A stretch of 36,245 nt of DNA from Jimgerdemannia flammicorona (Eukaryota), in the NCBI GenBank assembly GCA_003990765.1, contig RBNJ01000225.1, positions 1 through 36,245 of the forward strand, in the 5' to 3' direction. Shown in pieces: positions 23,028 through 33,702 of this stretch. Every line of letters begins with the position of its first letter. Position 1 is the first letter of the stretch. The position numbers and the translations under genes are program-made. The notes below the pieces were generated by a model. It worked only from the letters and a program-made list of their open reading frames with translations, searched no databases and was not told the origin of the DNA.

Positions 23028-24059
23028 TTATACTCTCGTCTCAAAACGGATATCATGCAACCCTTTCGCCACTGCCATGACCAACGCCTCCCCATCGCAC
23101 GCCAAGGTCAAATACGTCAACAGCTCCACAACCTGGTTCGCGGCCCCTAAACAATCCCCCACCACACCCCCAATCATCGACACGATATATCTTCCCGCCA
23201 CGATTGTCGCCACAACCGTCACCGCTCCCATTGTCATTAACTTCCACATGTCCCCGTTCAATGCCACCCACGCGAACCCAACAGTGGACACCGTCCCGAA
23301 CAGCAGCCTCGCGATGGGCACATGCATCTTGAACTCCTTGCCCTCGGCGCTTACGCCCTCGAGGTACTCGTGCCGCCACAATAGGTACAAGCACGACCAC
23401 CGGCCGAGGACATGAGCGAGGACGAGCCAGCGTAGCGTGAAGCCCGGAAGCACGACGAGCGACGCCACGGCAGAGAGCTTGGCTAGCACGACGAGCGTCA
23501 GACCCACACAGCCGTAGGTGCCGATCCGCGAATCGCGCATAATCCGCATGATCTGATCACGGCCCCAGCCACCGCCGAAGCCATCGAACGTGTCGGCGAG
23601 GCCATCCTCGTGGAAGGCACCCGTTAGCCAGACGGTCGAGAGGGTGTAGAGGACAGATGCAATCGAAGGGTTCCAGGCGGCCAAAGAGAAATAAAAGGAG
23701 ATCGCGCCGAAGTAGCCAACAAAGATACCTAGAAAGGTTTATGGTTTGGTGGAAAGGTTGAATGAGAGCAAAGTTAGCGTGTTGTGTTTTTAAGATGTTT
23801 GTCTCAGTTCTATCATAAGCGTGAATAAAGACCACGTGCCGATGGCTGGGTAATACGCCGTGCTCAGGCTCATCCAGTACATGTCGTGGTTGACCCATGG
23901 TGGAACGGGCAGCCGCGTGAAGAACATGATCCCCGTCAGGAGCGCCTGAATTTCTTGCCCAACGAAGGACTGCTGCGAGGGCTTCTGTTGCTGCGCAGGC
24001 GCGTCGGCGTCGGCCGATTGGGCTCTGGATTTTTTCGACGAGTTCTTCTTGGAGACCAT
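23028..24059 (-). CDS. cobS: Cobalamin 5'-phosphate synthase / adenosylcobinamide-GDP ribazoletransferase (CobS family), 306 aa; exons 24059-23840 and 23728-23028
   Basis: CobS motifs FFTRLP, YPAIGIFVG (formed by splicing), TGAFHEDGLADTFDG, IMRDSRIGTYG, GGVVGDCLGA..QVVE; multi-pass hydrophobic; 111-nt GC-AG intron with GCTAAC branch. Confidence 0.92.
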
Positions 24060-24438
24060 GTTTTTGCGGGACGCGGTTTCACAAAAATGGGGTTTTCCCA
24101 GAACGCGTCAGAGGAATGGTGGCGGCCAATGGGGTGAGGTTTCTATGTTCCATAACGAGCAATAACGAGGAGCCCTTGTTTTCGACGACATAGCCCATAT
24201 ACCTGGTGAAGAATCAAGAACAGGTGAAGGGGCTAATGAAAATTTCTGGCACTGGCGAATGATGTCATGAAGCATTTATGCAGATATTTATACCAAGTTC
24301 GGTGGTGCCAATGTAAAAATCGAGGAGGTATATATATATACATTGCCAAGTCCAAAGTACACGTACACTGGAGGTGCCACACACACGAGTTCAACGGATC
24401 TGATTGCCCAGTAACAAAAAATAAAATAATCAAAAGTG

Positions 24439-24511
24439 TGGAGAACCTGGGCATCGATCCCAGTGCCTATCGCATGCTAAGCGATCGCTCTACCATTTGA
24501 GCTAGATCCCC
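24439..24511 (-). tRNA. tRNA-Ala (anticodon AGC)
   Basis: GGGGATCTAGCTCAAATGGTAGAGCGATCGCTTAGCATGCGATAGGCACTGGGATCGATGCCCAGGTTCTCCA folds as a cloverleaf; G3:U70 Ala determinant; eukaryotic A34 and GATCGATG T-loop; no encoded CCA; T-runs downstream. Confidence 0.96.
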
Positions 24512-24755
24512 AATTGTGCTGTTTGTATAGGTAAATTTGATATTAAAATATATTAGATAGCATCTAGGTAGATATTGTATGCCAATCCTTGACGCTGTTC
24601 ATCATGGTAATATGAGGCAAACTACATGTGTTGTAGGTGATATGTTATATAATGTTCGGTGGAAAGGCGACTCTGGACAGGATGTGTGACGTGCGGCGAG
24701 TTAGATCAAGAAATTTTTTCAAGCCTTCCGTCCGTCCTGTATCTTGATCCAAATC

Positions 24756-27700
24756 ATGTCCTCTTCACAAGGACCCGCATACACCTCCTTCAATAGGAAG
24801 GGTTACAGCTCCATAAACTCAAACCAGAGTGAGGACGACGTATCCATCCACTCCCAGTCCTCCTCCCACCGCCCCATCTCCCGCACGAACCGCACCCGCC
24901 TCGTCCTCCTTGGCGTCGCCGCCGCCTTCCTCCTAACCACCGCCTACCTCTCGTCTTCTTCCTCCCTCAAGAACCCCGAGTTCACTACGTTCGCCGACGA
25001 TTTCGCCACCAAGGAAGCGCCGTCGCCACCCCCCGTCAACTTCCTCGCGCCTGGCATCTCCGACCAGGCCTTCCGGGCCGGCTTGGCCAAGTGCCACGCC
25101 ATCGAGCAGCGCCGGAATTTCACGCGTCCCAAGGGCGAGCGTACCTGGAACCCGCGCGCCGTTCCCGGCACTAAGCCCTTGCTGATCAAGGACGGCGTTC
25201 TCTGGATGGGCGACGGGTACCTCGACGGGTACGACGTCCTGCTCGAGAACGGCCTGATTGCGAGGATCGACAAGAACATTGAGGCGCCAGAAGACGCCAG
25301 AGTCATCGAAGCGAATGGCCGCGTCGTCACGCCGGGTATTATTGACATGCATAGTCACATGGGCGTTGAAAGCTTGCCCGCCACGGACGGCTTGTCCGAT
25401 ACCAATGAGATGTCTGATCCGTTGACTCCGCAGGCACGTTCTTCGAATTCATGCACCCTATCCCCTCTCCTCCAAATCGCAACTCTACATCTTCCATTCC
25501 ATCCCAAAATCTAACTTCAATACCTCCTTTCACCCACCGCCCCTACTAGGTGCGTGCCATCGAAGCCTTCAACCCTTCGGACCCCGGCATCCGTATCGTC
25601 TCGTCCGGCGGCATCACCACTTCGCTCATCCTCCCTGGCTCGGGCAATGTGATGGGCGGCGAGGCCCTGGCCGTCAAGCTTCGACCCGTCTCGACTCTCA
25701 GCGTCGAAGACATGCAGGTCGCCGCCGGCGTTACTGATGAGAAGAGGTGGCGCTACATGAAGATGGCGTGCGGCGAGAACCCGAAGAACGTTTACGGGAA
25801 CAGGGACGCCGTGCCCGTGTCACGTGAGTCATAGGTTCCCTTTTTGTGGTTGATATAGCGAACTTCACCCCACATCTGATCCACGCTCCCCCAACATAGG
25901 TATGGGCGAAGCCTACCTTGTCCGGAAGCGCCTTCAATCCGCACAGCAGCTCCTCCACGCACAGGATGACTGGTGCAACGCGGCGGAGCAGATTGCTGAG
26001 CAGCCGCGATCGACGTACCGGCTTTCGGAACGGTTCCCTGAGGACCTGGAGAATGAGTCACTGGTGGCACTGCTGCGGGGGGACGTCAAGCTCAACATAC
26101 ACTGTTACGAGCCGCACGACATTGAGGCCATGATCCGCCACTCCATCGAGTTTGAATTTGAAATCACCGCGTTCCATCACGCGCTGCAGGCGTGGAAAAT
26201 CCCCGAGGTTATCAAGAGGGCCAGGAATAATATCACGGTGGCGACGTTTGCGGGTGGGTGATTTGGATGGGACAGGGGATTCAGGGTCAGAAGTGGGATG
26301 GGTAGGATGTGGTGGAGATAGATTGGTCAACGCGCGCATGTTAATAACAAGATTATGCATTCGCCATTTTTTTCTTGATTCGCTATTATGAAGATATGTG
26401 GGGCTATAAGGTATACTATCAATGGTTTGGTCGTTGAGTGAACGAACATTGCGTATCATCTACACCACCCGGCAATATGTTAAACCCAATTTCCTTTTCA
26501 CGATCTTCATGGCTTCCGCCGAGCTAGGTCGAAGCTTACCCCGCCAACGTCAACACCCCCAAGATCCTCACCGACGCTGGTATCCCCGTTGCCTTTAAGA
26601 GCGATCACCCGGTCTTGAACTCAGTGAGTTATGCTATTTCTCCCATACCACCATCTTCCGTTCTCTTCCCTCTCCACCACAATTAACCTAACCCGCCCCC
26701 GGGAATCAGCAAGACCTCGTCTGGGAAGCCGCCAAGGCCTACCACTACGGTCTTCCCGAGCACCTTGCCCTCTCAGCCGTGACCTCGGTCCCCGCGCGCG
26801 CTATGGGTCTGGACCACCGCATCGGCCACCTCCGGCTAGGCTACGACGCCGACGTGGTCATCTGGGAGAACCATCCGCTGACGCTGGGCGCGCGACCCGC
26901 GCAGGTGGTAGTCGACGGCGTCGAGCTCGACTTCGAAGAAGACCTGCTTACGAAGCAGGCGCGCAAGGTTCTTGGCGAGGAGGATGAGAACGAGAAAGCA
27001 AACAAGGAAGAAATAAAGCCCATGGCGAAGTTGGAGAAACACGACCACGAGATGACCGCGTCCGTCAACGGTGCACCCGTCGACGCGAGGCAGGCGTGCT
27101 CGGGCGAGACGGACACATTCGTGATTCGCAACATCGGAAAGCTGTTCTTGTCACAGGATAGGGTGTTCTCGGCGGCCGACGTTAAGGGGAAGGAGATCGT
27201 CGTCATTGTGTACCACGGCAAGCTGCGCTGCGCAGGGACCGACTGCAGGGAGAAGGGCGAGTGGCCCGAGGGTCCCGTGTTCGACTTACAGCATGGTTAC
27301 GTGTTGCCGGTGGGTTTCTCTAATCCGGGTGTGGAGTTTCTGTCATCCTCGTTTCTTTCTGTTAAGAAACATGTCGTCGAGCTCGTGCGGCGCCACTATA
27401 AGATCTTAATTGACTTACTCCGCCAATCCAGGGTCTCATCTCCACCGGCGCTCGCATCGGCCTTATCGAAATCGAATCCGAGTCCTCCGCGATTGACGGC
27501 TTTGTGTCCAACAATCCGAATGACCCTGACCTGGAAAAGAGTGTCGTCCGCGCCGTGGACGGACTTAAGTTCGGCGGGTTGCACCTAGAGAAGCCGTACA
27601 AGGCCGGTACGTCTTGCTCGGCGTGGATTGGGATTTTGGTGGTTCGGGGCGATAGGTTATGTTTGGGCGGGTATTTATAAGCTTGCTGATGCACGTGGAC

Positions 27701-28978
27701 ATGTTGTGCTTCTCTTCAACCGATCAGGCGTTCTGACTTCTTTGACCCAGCCCATCATCGGATGGGGAGGATTCATCTCAGGAGTGTCGTCGGCGTTCAG
27801 GACTGGTGCTTTGAACACAGGTGAGTTTGAAGATGATGTGTAGTCGGAGTGTGGAGGTGGAGGTGGAGAAGGGTGGGGATCGGTATTATAGCTTGCATTT
27901 CAATGATTTCAGTGTGGTTTGTTGAAGCCATTGGTATGGGAATGTCTCGATCTGGACTCACCTTTGTATTTTGGTTATTGCAGTGCTTGATGACGACATC
28001 ATCGTCAAGGACGAGGCTGCCCTGCATGTGCTTCTTGGTGCCAGTGGTGAGTGAATGAATCTAGTTTTTTAATGTCCATGTGCGATTTCCAACAGCCTTC
28101 GTTTCCGATATGAAGTATCCCTACCGGATTGGCCGAACAATTCGCTTGTATCCTCCTGTCACCATCCCAACAACAGCGAGCCTTACCGTCTCTCAACAAG
28201 TGGCTCTCCTTCGCCGCCTCCTCCTGACCCATATCAACACTACTGCCGCGGCTGACCCCAACAGCTCGATCTTCACGCGCGCGGCGCATGGCCATCTTCC
28301 CGTGGTGGTGTACACGGAGAACAAGGACGAGATTGCCTCGGTGGTGACGATCAAGCGAGCGACCCGCGCCGCCGGTGGCTCCCCGCGCTTTATCATCATG
28401 GGCGCTACTGAGTCCTGGCTCGTCGCTGACCACCTAGCCCGCGAGGACATTGCCGTCATTCTCCGGCCCGCCAGGTGCACCCCGCGCACCTGGTTCTCGC
28501 AACATTGTCTCGTCGGGCCACCTATCTCCCCTGTCACGGCGCTCGACGTGCTTGTCAGGAAGGGCGTGCTGGTCGGGCTGGCGTCACTGGATGTTGATGA
28601 TGGATACGTCAGGAACCTGGTGTGGGATGCCGGTAAGTTGTTTCTTCATATGGGTTTTCGTCCGTGCGTTTCTTGGCGGTTGACGGTTGCCGTGACTTAG
28701 GGGGTTCGAGCCATCACGCTAAACTTCGCTTCTTGATCCAATTGGTCACAGGGTGGAACCTCGCCACGAACCCCACTCTCACTGAGACCGACGCGGTAGG
28801 CCTCGTAAGCTGGAATATCGCCAAAATGTTTGGCCTCCGCGACACCGGCAGGATCGAGGAAGGCAGCCTTGCCGAGCTCGTGGCCTACAACGGGAACCCG
28901 TTCCAGATGGGCACAAAGGTCCAACTGGTCGTTGGCGGCGGGAGAAAGGGGATCACGTGTTTCCCACAGCAGGTCTAG
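24756..28978 (+). CDS. Membrane-anchored tandem amidohydrolase-superfamily protein, ~1010 aa, 11 exons (24756-25433, 25550-25823, 25900-26253, 26394-26410, 26528-26623, 26710-27309, 27432-27606, 27728-27820, 27984-28046, 28177-28632, 28752-28978)
   Basis: PGIIDMHSHMG, KMACGENPK, SRMG, IHCY, FHHA, DMWGYKVEAY, KSDHP, G.L..GYDADVVIW; second domain PGLIS...GRIEEGSLAELVAYNGNP; N-terminal hydrophobic anchor. Exon phases sum to 3033 nt. The exon-10 acceptor could instead be 28096. Confidence 0.88.
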
Positions 28979-29853
28979 AGCGGTGCGTTTGGGATCTGAG
29001 AATTTGACGGATGGCACTGTTTACGTTGATTCGGTTTTGGTATTCATGGGGAAACAATAAGAGAAGTATTCTTACGTGAAATAGGCAGGTGTGGTCTTCG
29101 GGATTACACATTCCTAATATACTAGTTCTTTCTGAACGCATTTTGTATATATACGTAATGTATGGATGATTTGCCCCAAGCATAATCGTGAAGCTTAGTG
29201 ACCTTTGTTTTGGTGATCTCGCAAATTCAGTTACCACGATAACGTCACTCGCAATCAAGACACATTCAAAGCCTCACACCGAATTCTTACTATATGACAA
29301 CGACGATCGATACTCGCATTCCTATGCTGAACTACAAAGCCTCCTGTTCCTACCAACGTCTCCCCTTAGTTCGTGCCATGGGCGACTCGTTACAGGACAA
29401 AAGGCGATTTATTTCGTTCCGCCTAAGGGAATAAACTTCAGGTTCATCGCCTCGACCTCGATGGGAATGCGACCTCAGCGAATACTGTACATGCCATGTC
29501 CGCACCCTCCATCACTGCCTAGCTGACGAGCCCTTGATATACATACAATCCATCTCTCCGCTGACCGTGTACCTCCTATGTTCTCACCTGCTCGTCAGGC
29601 CCTGTCCCTCCGAAGGCCTGCCCTCAGAGCAGGCATCCCGCGATACCCGTGAACTCTTACAGCGTACTATATAGTATATTACAATAGGGTGGGAACTTCG
29701 CGCACCCGTCCCAGCCCGGCCAACCACACATGACCTTTCCCCTCCTATAACCTCTTAGAAAAAAATGTCTGTTGCACTGCATTGTCCGGCACACAAATAG
29801 CAAAAACGGCTTCTCCCCCTCTTCCACGCCTCAACCCGGTTGCACCGTATCAC

Positions 29854-30789
29854 CTAATGCTGCAACATCTCGACCTTCGACTCTTCCCTCGAGTTCATGA
29901 ACGACTTGAAATACTCGTACACGGACCACGAGATAGCGGTGGCAGGCATGTTTGACAAGACTCTAGGCCTGAGGCCTCGAAACATGCCGGCGGCGCCGTG
30001 TCGCTCGTAGATGATCTTGCTCGCCTCCCACAGGCCGGAGCACTGCCGTATCCGTGCATCGAGCGAGACCCCGCGCGTCTGTAGCAACGTCTTGATCACG
30101 TCCAGCGGGGTCGTGGCGGCCGCCGCGATGGCTCCGGCCGCGCCGCCGGCCAGCACGTGCGTTTTTGGGTCGTAGTCCCCTCGCGGGTTCAACACTTTGC
30201 GGAAATATTCGTACGACGCAAACTGGATTGACTGAAACGGGATTGTCATCGTCAGCGTCGTCGGGTAAGATATGTAGAAGGCGATCAGGCCCTCCGCCGC
30301 GTAGACACGGCGCGCGCACTCAAAGACGTTGCGATAGACGGAGCCGTGGATTTGCATGCGCTGTTTGATAACATCAAATGGGTTCATGAGTGCGTCGGCT
30401 GCGATGGTCGCGCACGCGCCTGCGGCCCCCGTCGCCAGCAGGTGATGCCCCTCTGTGGCTACGTTCCCACCAAACGCCTCCTTGCATTGCTCGTACGTGG
30501 CGAAGTAGAGCGCGTGCGCGGGGCCGGCGCCGATCACCACCGAGTTGATACCGCGCCACAGCGTTCGCGCGCCTTCCGTAGTCGTGATCCGCGAGAACGC
30601 GTTCCCGATCCCCGTGTACATGGCCTGTCGGGTCGGGCTCAGCACTTGCATGCGTGTCTTGATGCTATCCACGGGATACATAATACTGTGCTCGGCAATA
30701 CCTGCTAACGCGCCGGCGATGGCGTTGGCGAGCATGCTCGAGTTCGCTCCCAGGGACTCGTAGTCGTGGTCTTCTACTGCGTCCATCAT
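29854..30789 (-). CDS. Mitochondrial carrier, mitoferrin (MRS3/MRS4-type iron transporter), intronless
   Basis: Three Px(D/E)xxK signatures (PVDSIKTRMQ, PFDVIKQRMQ, PLDVIKTLLQ); DYESL, EHSIMYP and GAGPAHALYF typical of mitoferrins. Likely start MMDAVED; an upstream in-frame ATG lies at 30849. Confidence 0.93.
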   Translation of the reverse strand: MMDAVEDHDYESLGANSSMLANAIAGALAGIAEHSIMYPVDSIKTRMQVLSPTRQAMYTGIGNAFSRITTTEGARTLWRGINSVVIGAGPAHALYFATYEQCKEAFGGNVATEGHHLLATGAAGACATIAADALMNPFDVIKQRMQIHGSVYRNVFECARRVYAAEGLIAFYISYPTTLTMTIPFQSIQFASYEYFRKVLNPRGDYDPKTHVLAGGAAGAIAAAATTPLDVIKTLLQTRGVSLDARIRQCSGLWEASKIIYERHGAAGMFRGLRPRVLSNMPATAISWSVYEYFKSFMNSREESKVEMLQH

Positions 30790-30884
30790 GTTTGTGGTGA
30801 TCAAGAGGGGGAGTTCTGGGCGGAGCGTGGGGCGTGTGTCAAGTGACATGTTTATATCGAAGAAGATGAATGTTTAGAAAAGTG

Positions 30885-32087
30885 ATTGGGATGGTTCTCT
30901 GGGTATAGTGGCAACTTGTATCTCTTCTTCTTGGGTCAACTGGGAATGGCACAATTTTGTGTAGCAAGATAATTTCCAAAAGGATGTGATTTCTGGGTGT
31001 CAGTCTTAGTGCAACAATCTTTGTGTAGTGTGACGATCTGGCAATTTAGCAGTTCTCCTTATGTAGATTTGGCAGATAACTCGATTTGGCTTATAGGGAA
31101 TTGTATGGTGTAGATTCTTCCTAGGCTTACTAGAAATAATGAATAACTCAGGTGTCATGGATTCTTCCTAAATTGGTGGCTTTAACTGAGAATACAATGG
31201 CATGGATTCTTCCTGAATCGGTGGACTTCTGGGAAATAACTCAGATAGTGCAGATCCTTCCTGAATTGGCGGGGTTCTTCTGGAAATGTGGTTGATAACT
31301 CGAAAATGGTAGATGATGCGGATTCTTCCTAAATCGGTGGGCTCTAACTGGGAAACGGGATGGTGGCTTGAAAAGGGTCTCTTGGCAAAGTTGTGTCAAA
31401 GACTGGCTTCGTTTGTGCAAACAGGTCACTGCGAAGTTGTGTCAGAAACTGGCTTGAGCAAGGTGGCTTTCTCTGGGAATGTGGATAACTTAGAAACAGT
31501 GACATATTCCTTAAGCGGCAGATTACTCAAAAGGCAGCAAAGTTCTTCTTGAACTTAGGTGGCAAATCTTCAGGCTTATCTGGCAAGTGAACCAATAGTT
31601 CCAAAGGCAGCGAAGTTCTTCCTCAAACTTGGTGGCAAAATCAGCTTTGTATCGAAAAGTGGACCGGAGTGGGAATAAGGAGACCAATTGCTCAATCTTT
31701 AGAGGCTTCTTTGGTTTGCACTTCAATTTGGACTGAGGCTTTATTCACTCTCATCTCTGGGGTAATTTATACAAGTTGGTTGCTATCTGGTTACTATGTG
31801 GCTAACTATAGATTTGCTATCTTCGGTAATATTTGGGTGTGTCCTCTAGGTATAGGTGTGTCCACTGGGTATGAGTGTGTCCACAGGACATAAGTGTGTC
31901 TGCAGGACATAAGTGTGTCCTCAGGACACAGGTAAACAATTCTGATCTGGTGTCTTGGCTAATTATAAGTATGGTGGGCATGAGTAACTATGATACACTG
32001 GAAGTCACATCATGCTGAGTAAGTATGCTAATTGTTCATGTCATCTGGCTAAGTTATAATTCAGGTAGTATGTTTTGGTCTGTTACA
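30885..32087 (-). repeat. 3' LTR of Gypsy copy 2
   Basis: Starts TGTAACA at 32087 after purine-rich CAGTAGGGGCTGA (32100-32088); TGTATAAA at 31773-31766; AATAAA at 31745-31740; internal degenerate repeats; homology to the copy 1 LTR stops at ~30885. Confidence 0.85.
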
Positions 32088-32204
32088 TCAGCCCCTACTG
32101 AAGGGTAGTCTGTCCCAGACTATTCTTCAGTCATCATCCCAATAGGCATAAGCAGCTTCTGCATCTATACCTGTTCCATTATCACCATCTGAGCTACAGT
32201 TACT

Positions 32205-32639
32205 CTATTCCAGGGGCTCTTCTTCTTTCTCAGGAAATAGGGTCTCCACTTGGTGAATAATGCTGAGGTAGGTGGGTAGTATCATCCTTTGAAGGTCATT
32301 CAGGGAAAACTGGGCCTGGATTAAGGCAGAAGGATTTCGTTTATATATGGTATATAGTCTGTCTGCAGCAGTAGTGTTCCTTTTGTTCAGGCCAGTGGTG
32401 TTTCGGACATAGGCTAGGTCTGGGAGAGGAAGATTCTGCAATTGTTCTCCAATTGCATAATATGCCTGCAGCTGGTGGACCTGGAGTAGCCTCTCAGCCA
32501 AAGTGAGGTTCTCTTGATGAACTCAGATTCTCTGAAGATAGGTTCCATTGGGTTCCCAGAACTGAGGCAGGAGAACTGGTAGGGCTTGGAGGGAACTGAG
32601 AACAAGAGTTTGGAGGTGGTTGTCAATTCTCTGATTCAT
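32205..32639 (-). pseudogene. Post-integrase accessory ORF (~144 codons, one TGA), unknown function
   Basis: ATG at 32639 overlaps the integrase end and is in frame with ORF 32205-32501; TGA at 32525-32523 is explainable as CGA>TGA. Confidence 0.6.
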
Positions 32640-33702
32640 GGTGTGAGAAGAAGTATATCTTGAGGCGATTGATATATACTGGTGTTCTCAGGGTTCGTCC
32701 ATCCATACTTCTTAAATAGATGCTGGTTCCTCTGATGTTGTGTACAAGATAAGGTCCTTCCCATTTTGGTTCCAGTTTGGTGGCAAAGTTTGTCTCAATC
32801 ATGCTTCTCCAAACTAGGACTTGATCTCCAATCTTGATCTCCTGATCCTTCTGTTTTTGGTTATAGTACTTCTTTTGTCTTTCCTGGGCTTTGATAATCT
32901 GTCCTTGGGCTTGATTTCATAACTGTTCTGCCTTCTTGAGGAGGTCTCTGAGATTCTCATGGTCAGCAGTTCTGGTTTTCTTGGCAAACATCATTTCGAA
33001 TGGCTTTTGTTTGGTGGATGTGACAGGGGTATTCCGAATTTCCCATAGAATCTCAGGTAAGCAGAGGTCCCAATTAATAGGGTTGACTTGGGCAAGTCCT
33101 TTCTTGATGGTCTGGTTCATTCTTTCTATCATGCCATTGGTCTGGGGGTGGTATGATGTGGTCCTTTTGAGGTGGATCTTGTGAATTTGGATATAACTTG
33201 TGATTATGTTATTGATGAATTCTGTGCCTCAGTCAGAGATGAGTTCTTCTGGAGGTCCATATCTGAGTGTGAGTCCATGGAGGAGGCCTACAATGGTTAA
33301 GGCATCTGCGATTTCCATTGGGAAAGCCTCGGGCCACTTGGTCAGATGTTCTACAAATACAAGGATGTATTTGTTTCTTCTTGGTGTAACTGGTAGAGGT
33401 CCAATTACATCTACTCCCCATCTTTGAAAGAGGTGAGTGGGTGGGGGAATCGGTTGCAGAAGGGCTTGATAGTTCTTCTTTCCTTAGTACTTCTGGCAGA
33501 TGTCACATTTCTGGATGATGTCCTGAACTTGAGTTCTGAGGTGGGGCCAATGTTGATATTGTTTTCAAATCCTGTCTTCTATGCTTGTCTGTCCTTGGTG
33601 GGCTTTCTGATGTTCTTTTTGGATAAGATCTTCTTGTGCTTTGATAGTCTGAGGAGCTTCCTTTAGGGTGTGGTTCCTCGGGACACCCTTCTTCTGATTT
33701 AT
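32623..33702 (-). pseudogene. Integrase (360 codons in one frame, several nonsense transitions)
   Basis: H..AHQG...CDICQ, WGVDVIGPLP, ISD*GTEF, YHPQTNGMIERMN, KWEGPY. Confidence 0.9.

Noticed and set aside
23028..24059. cobS as bacterial contamination
   Set aside because: It has a spliceosomal intron with a branch site, and its composition is continuous with eukaryotic neighbours.
24060..24430. Cobalamin riboswitch upstream of cobS
   Set aside because: No B12-box or conserved core was recognisable by eye; a covariance-model search would be decisive.
29523..29598. 9-bp inverted repeat CTGACGAGC/GCTCGTCAG as a MITE or ncRNA
   Set aside because: Too short, with no TSD or recognisable RNA motif.
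20500..30763. Many antisense or overlapping ORFs over the F-box, cobS, amidohydrolase and carrier genes
   Set aside because: Shadow ORFs of GC-rich coding sequence with no motifs.
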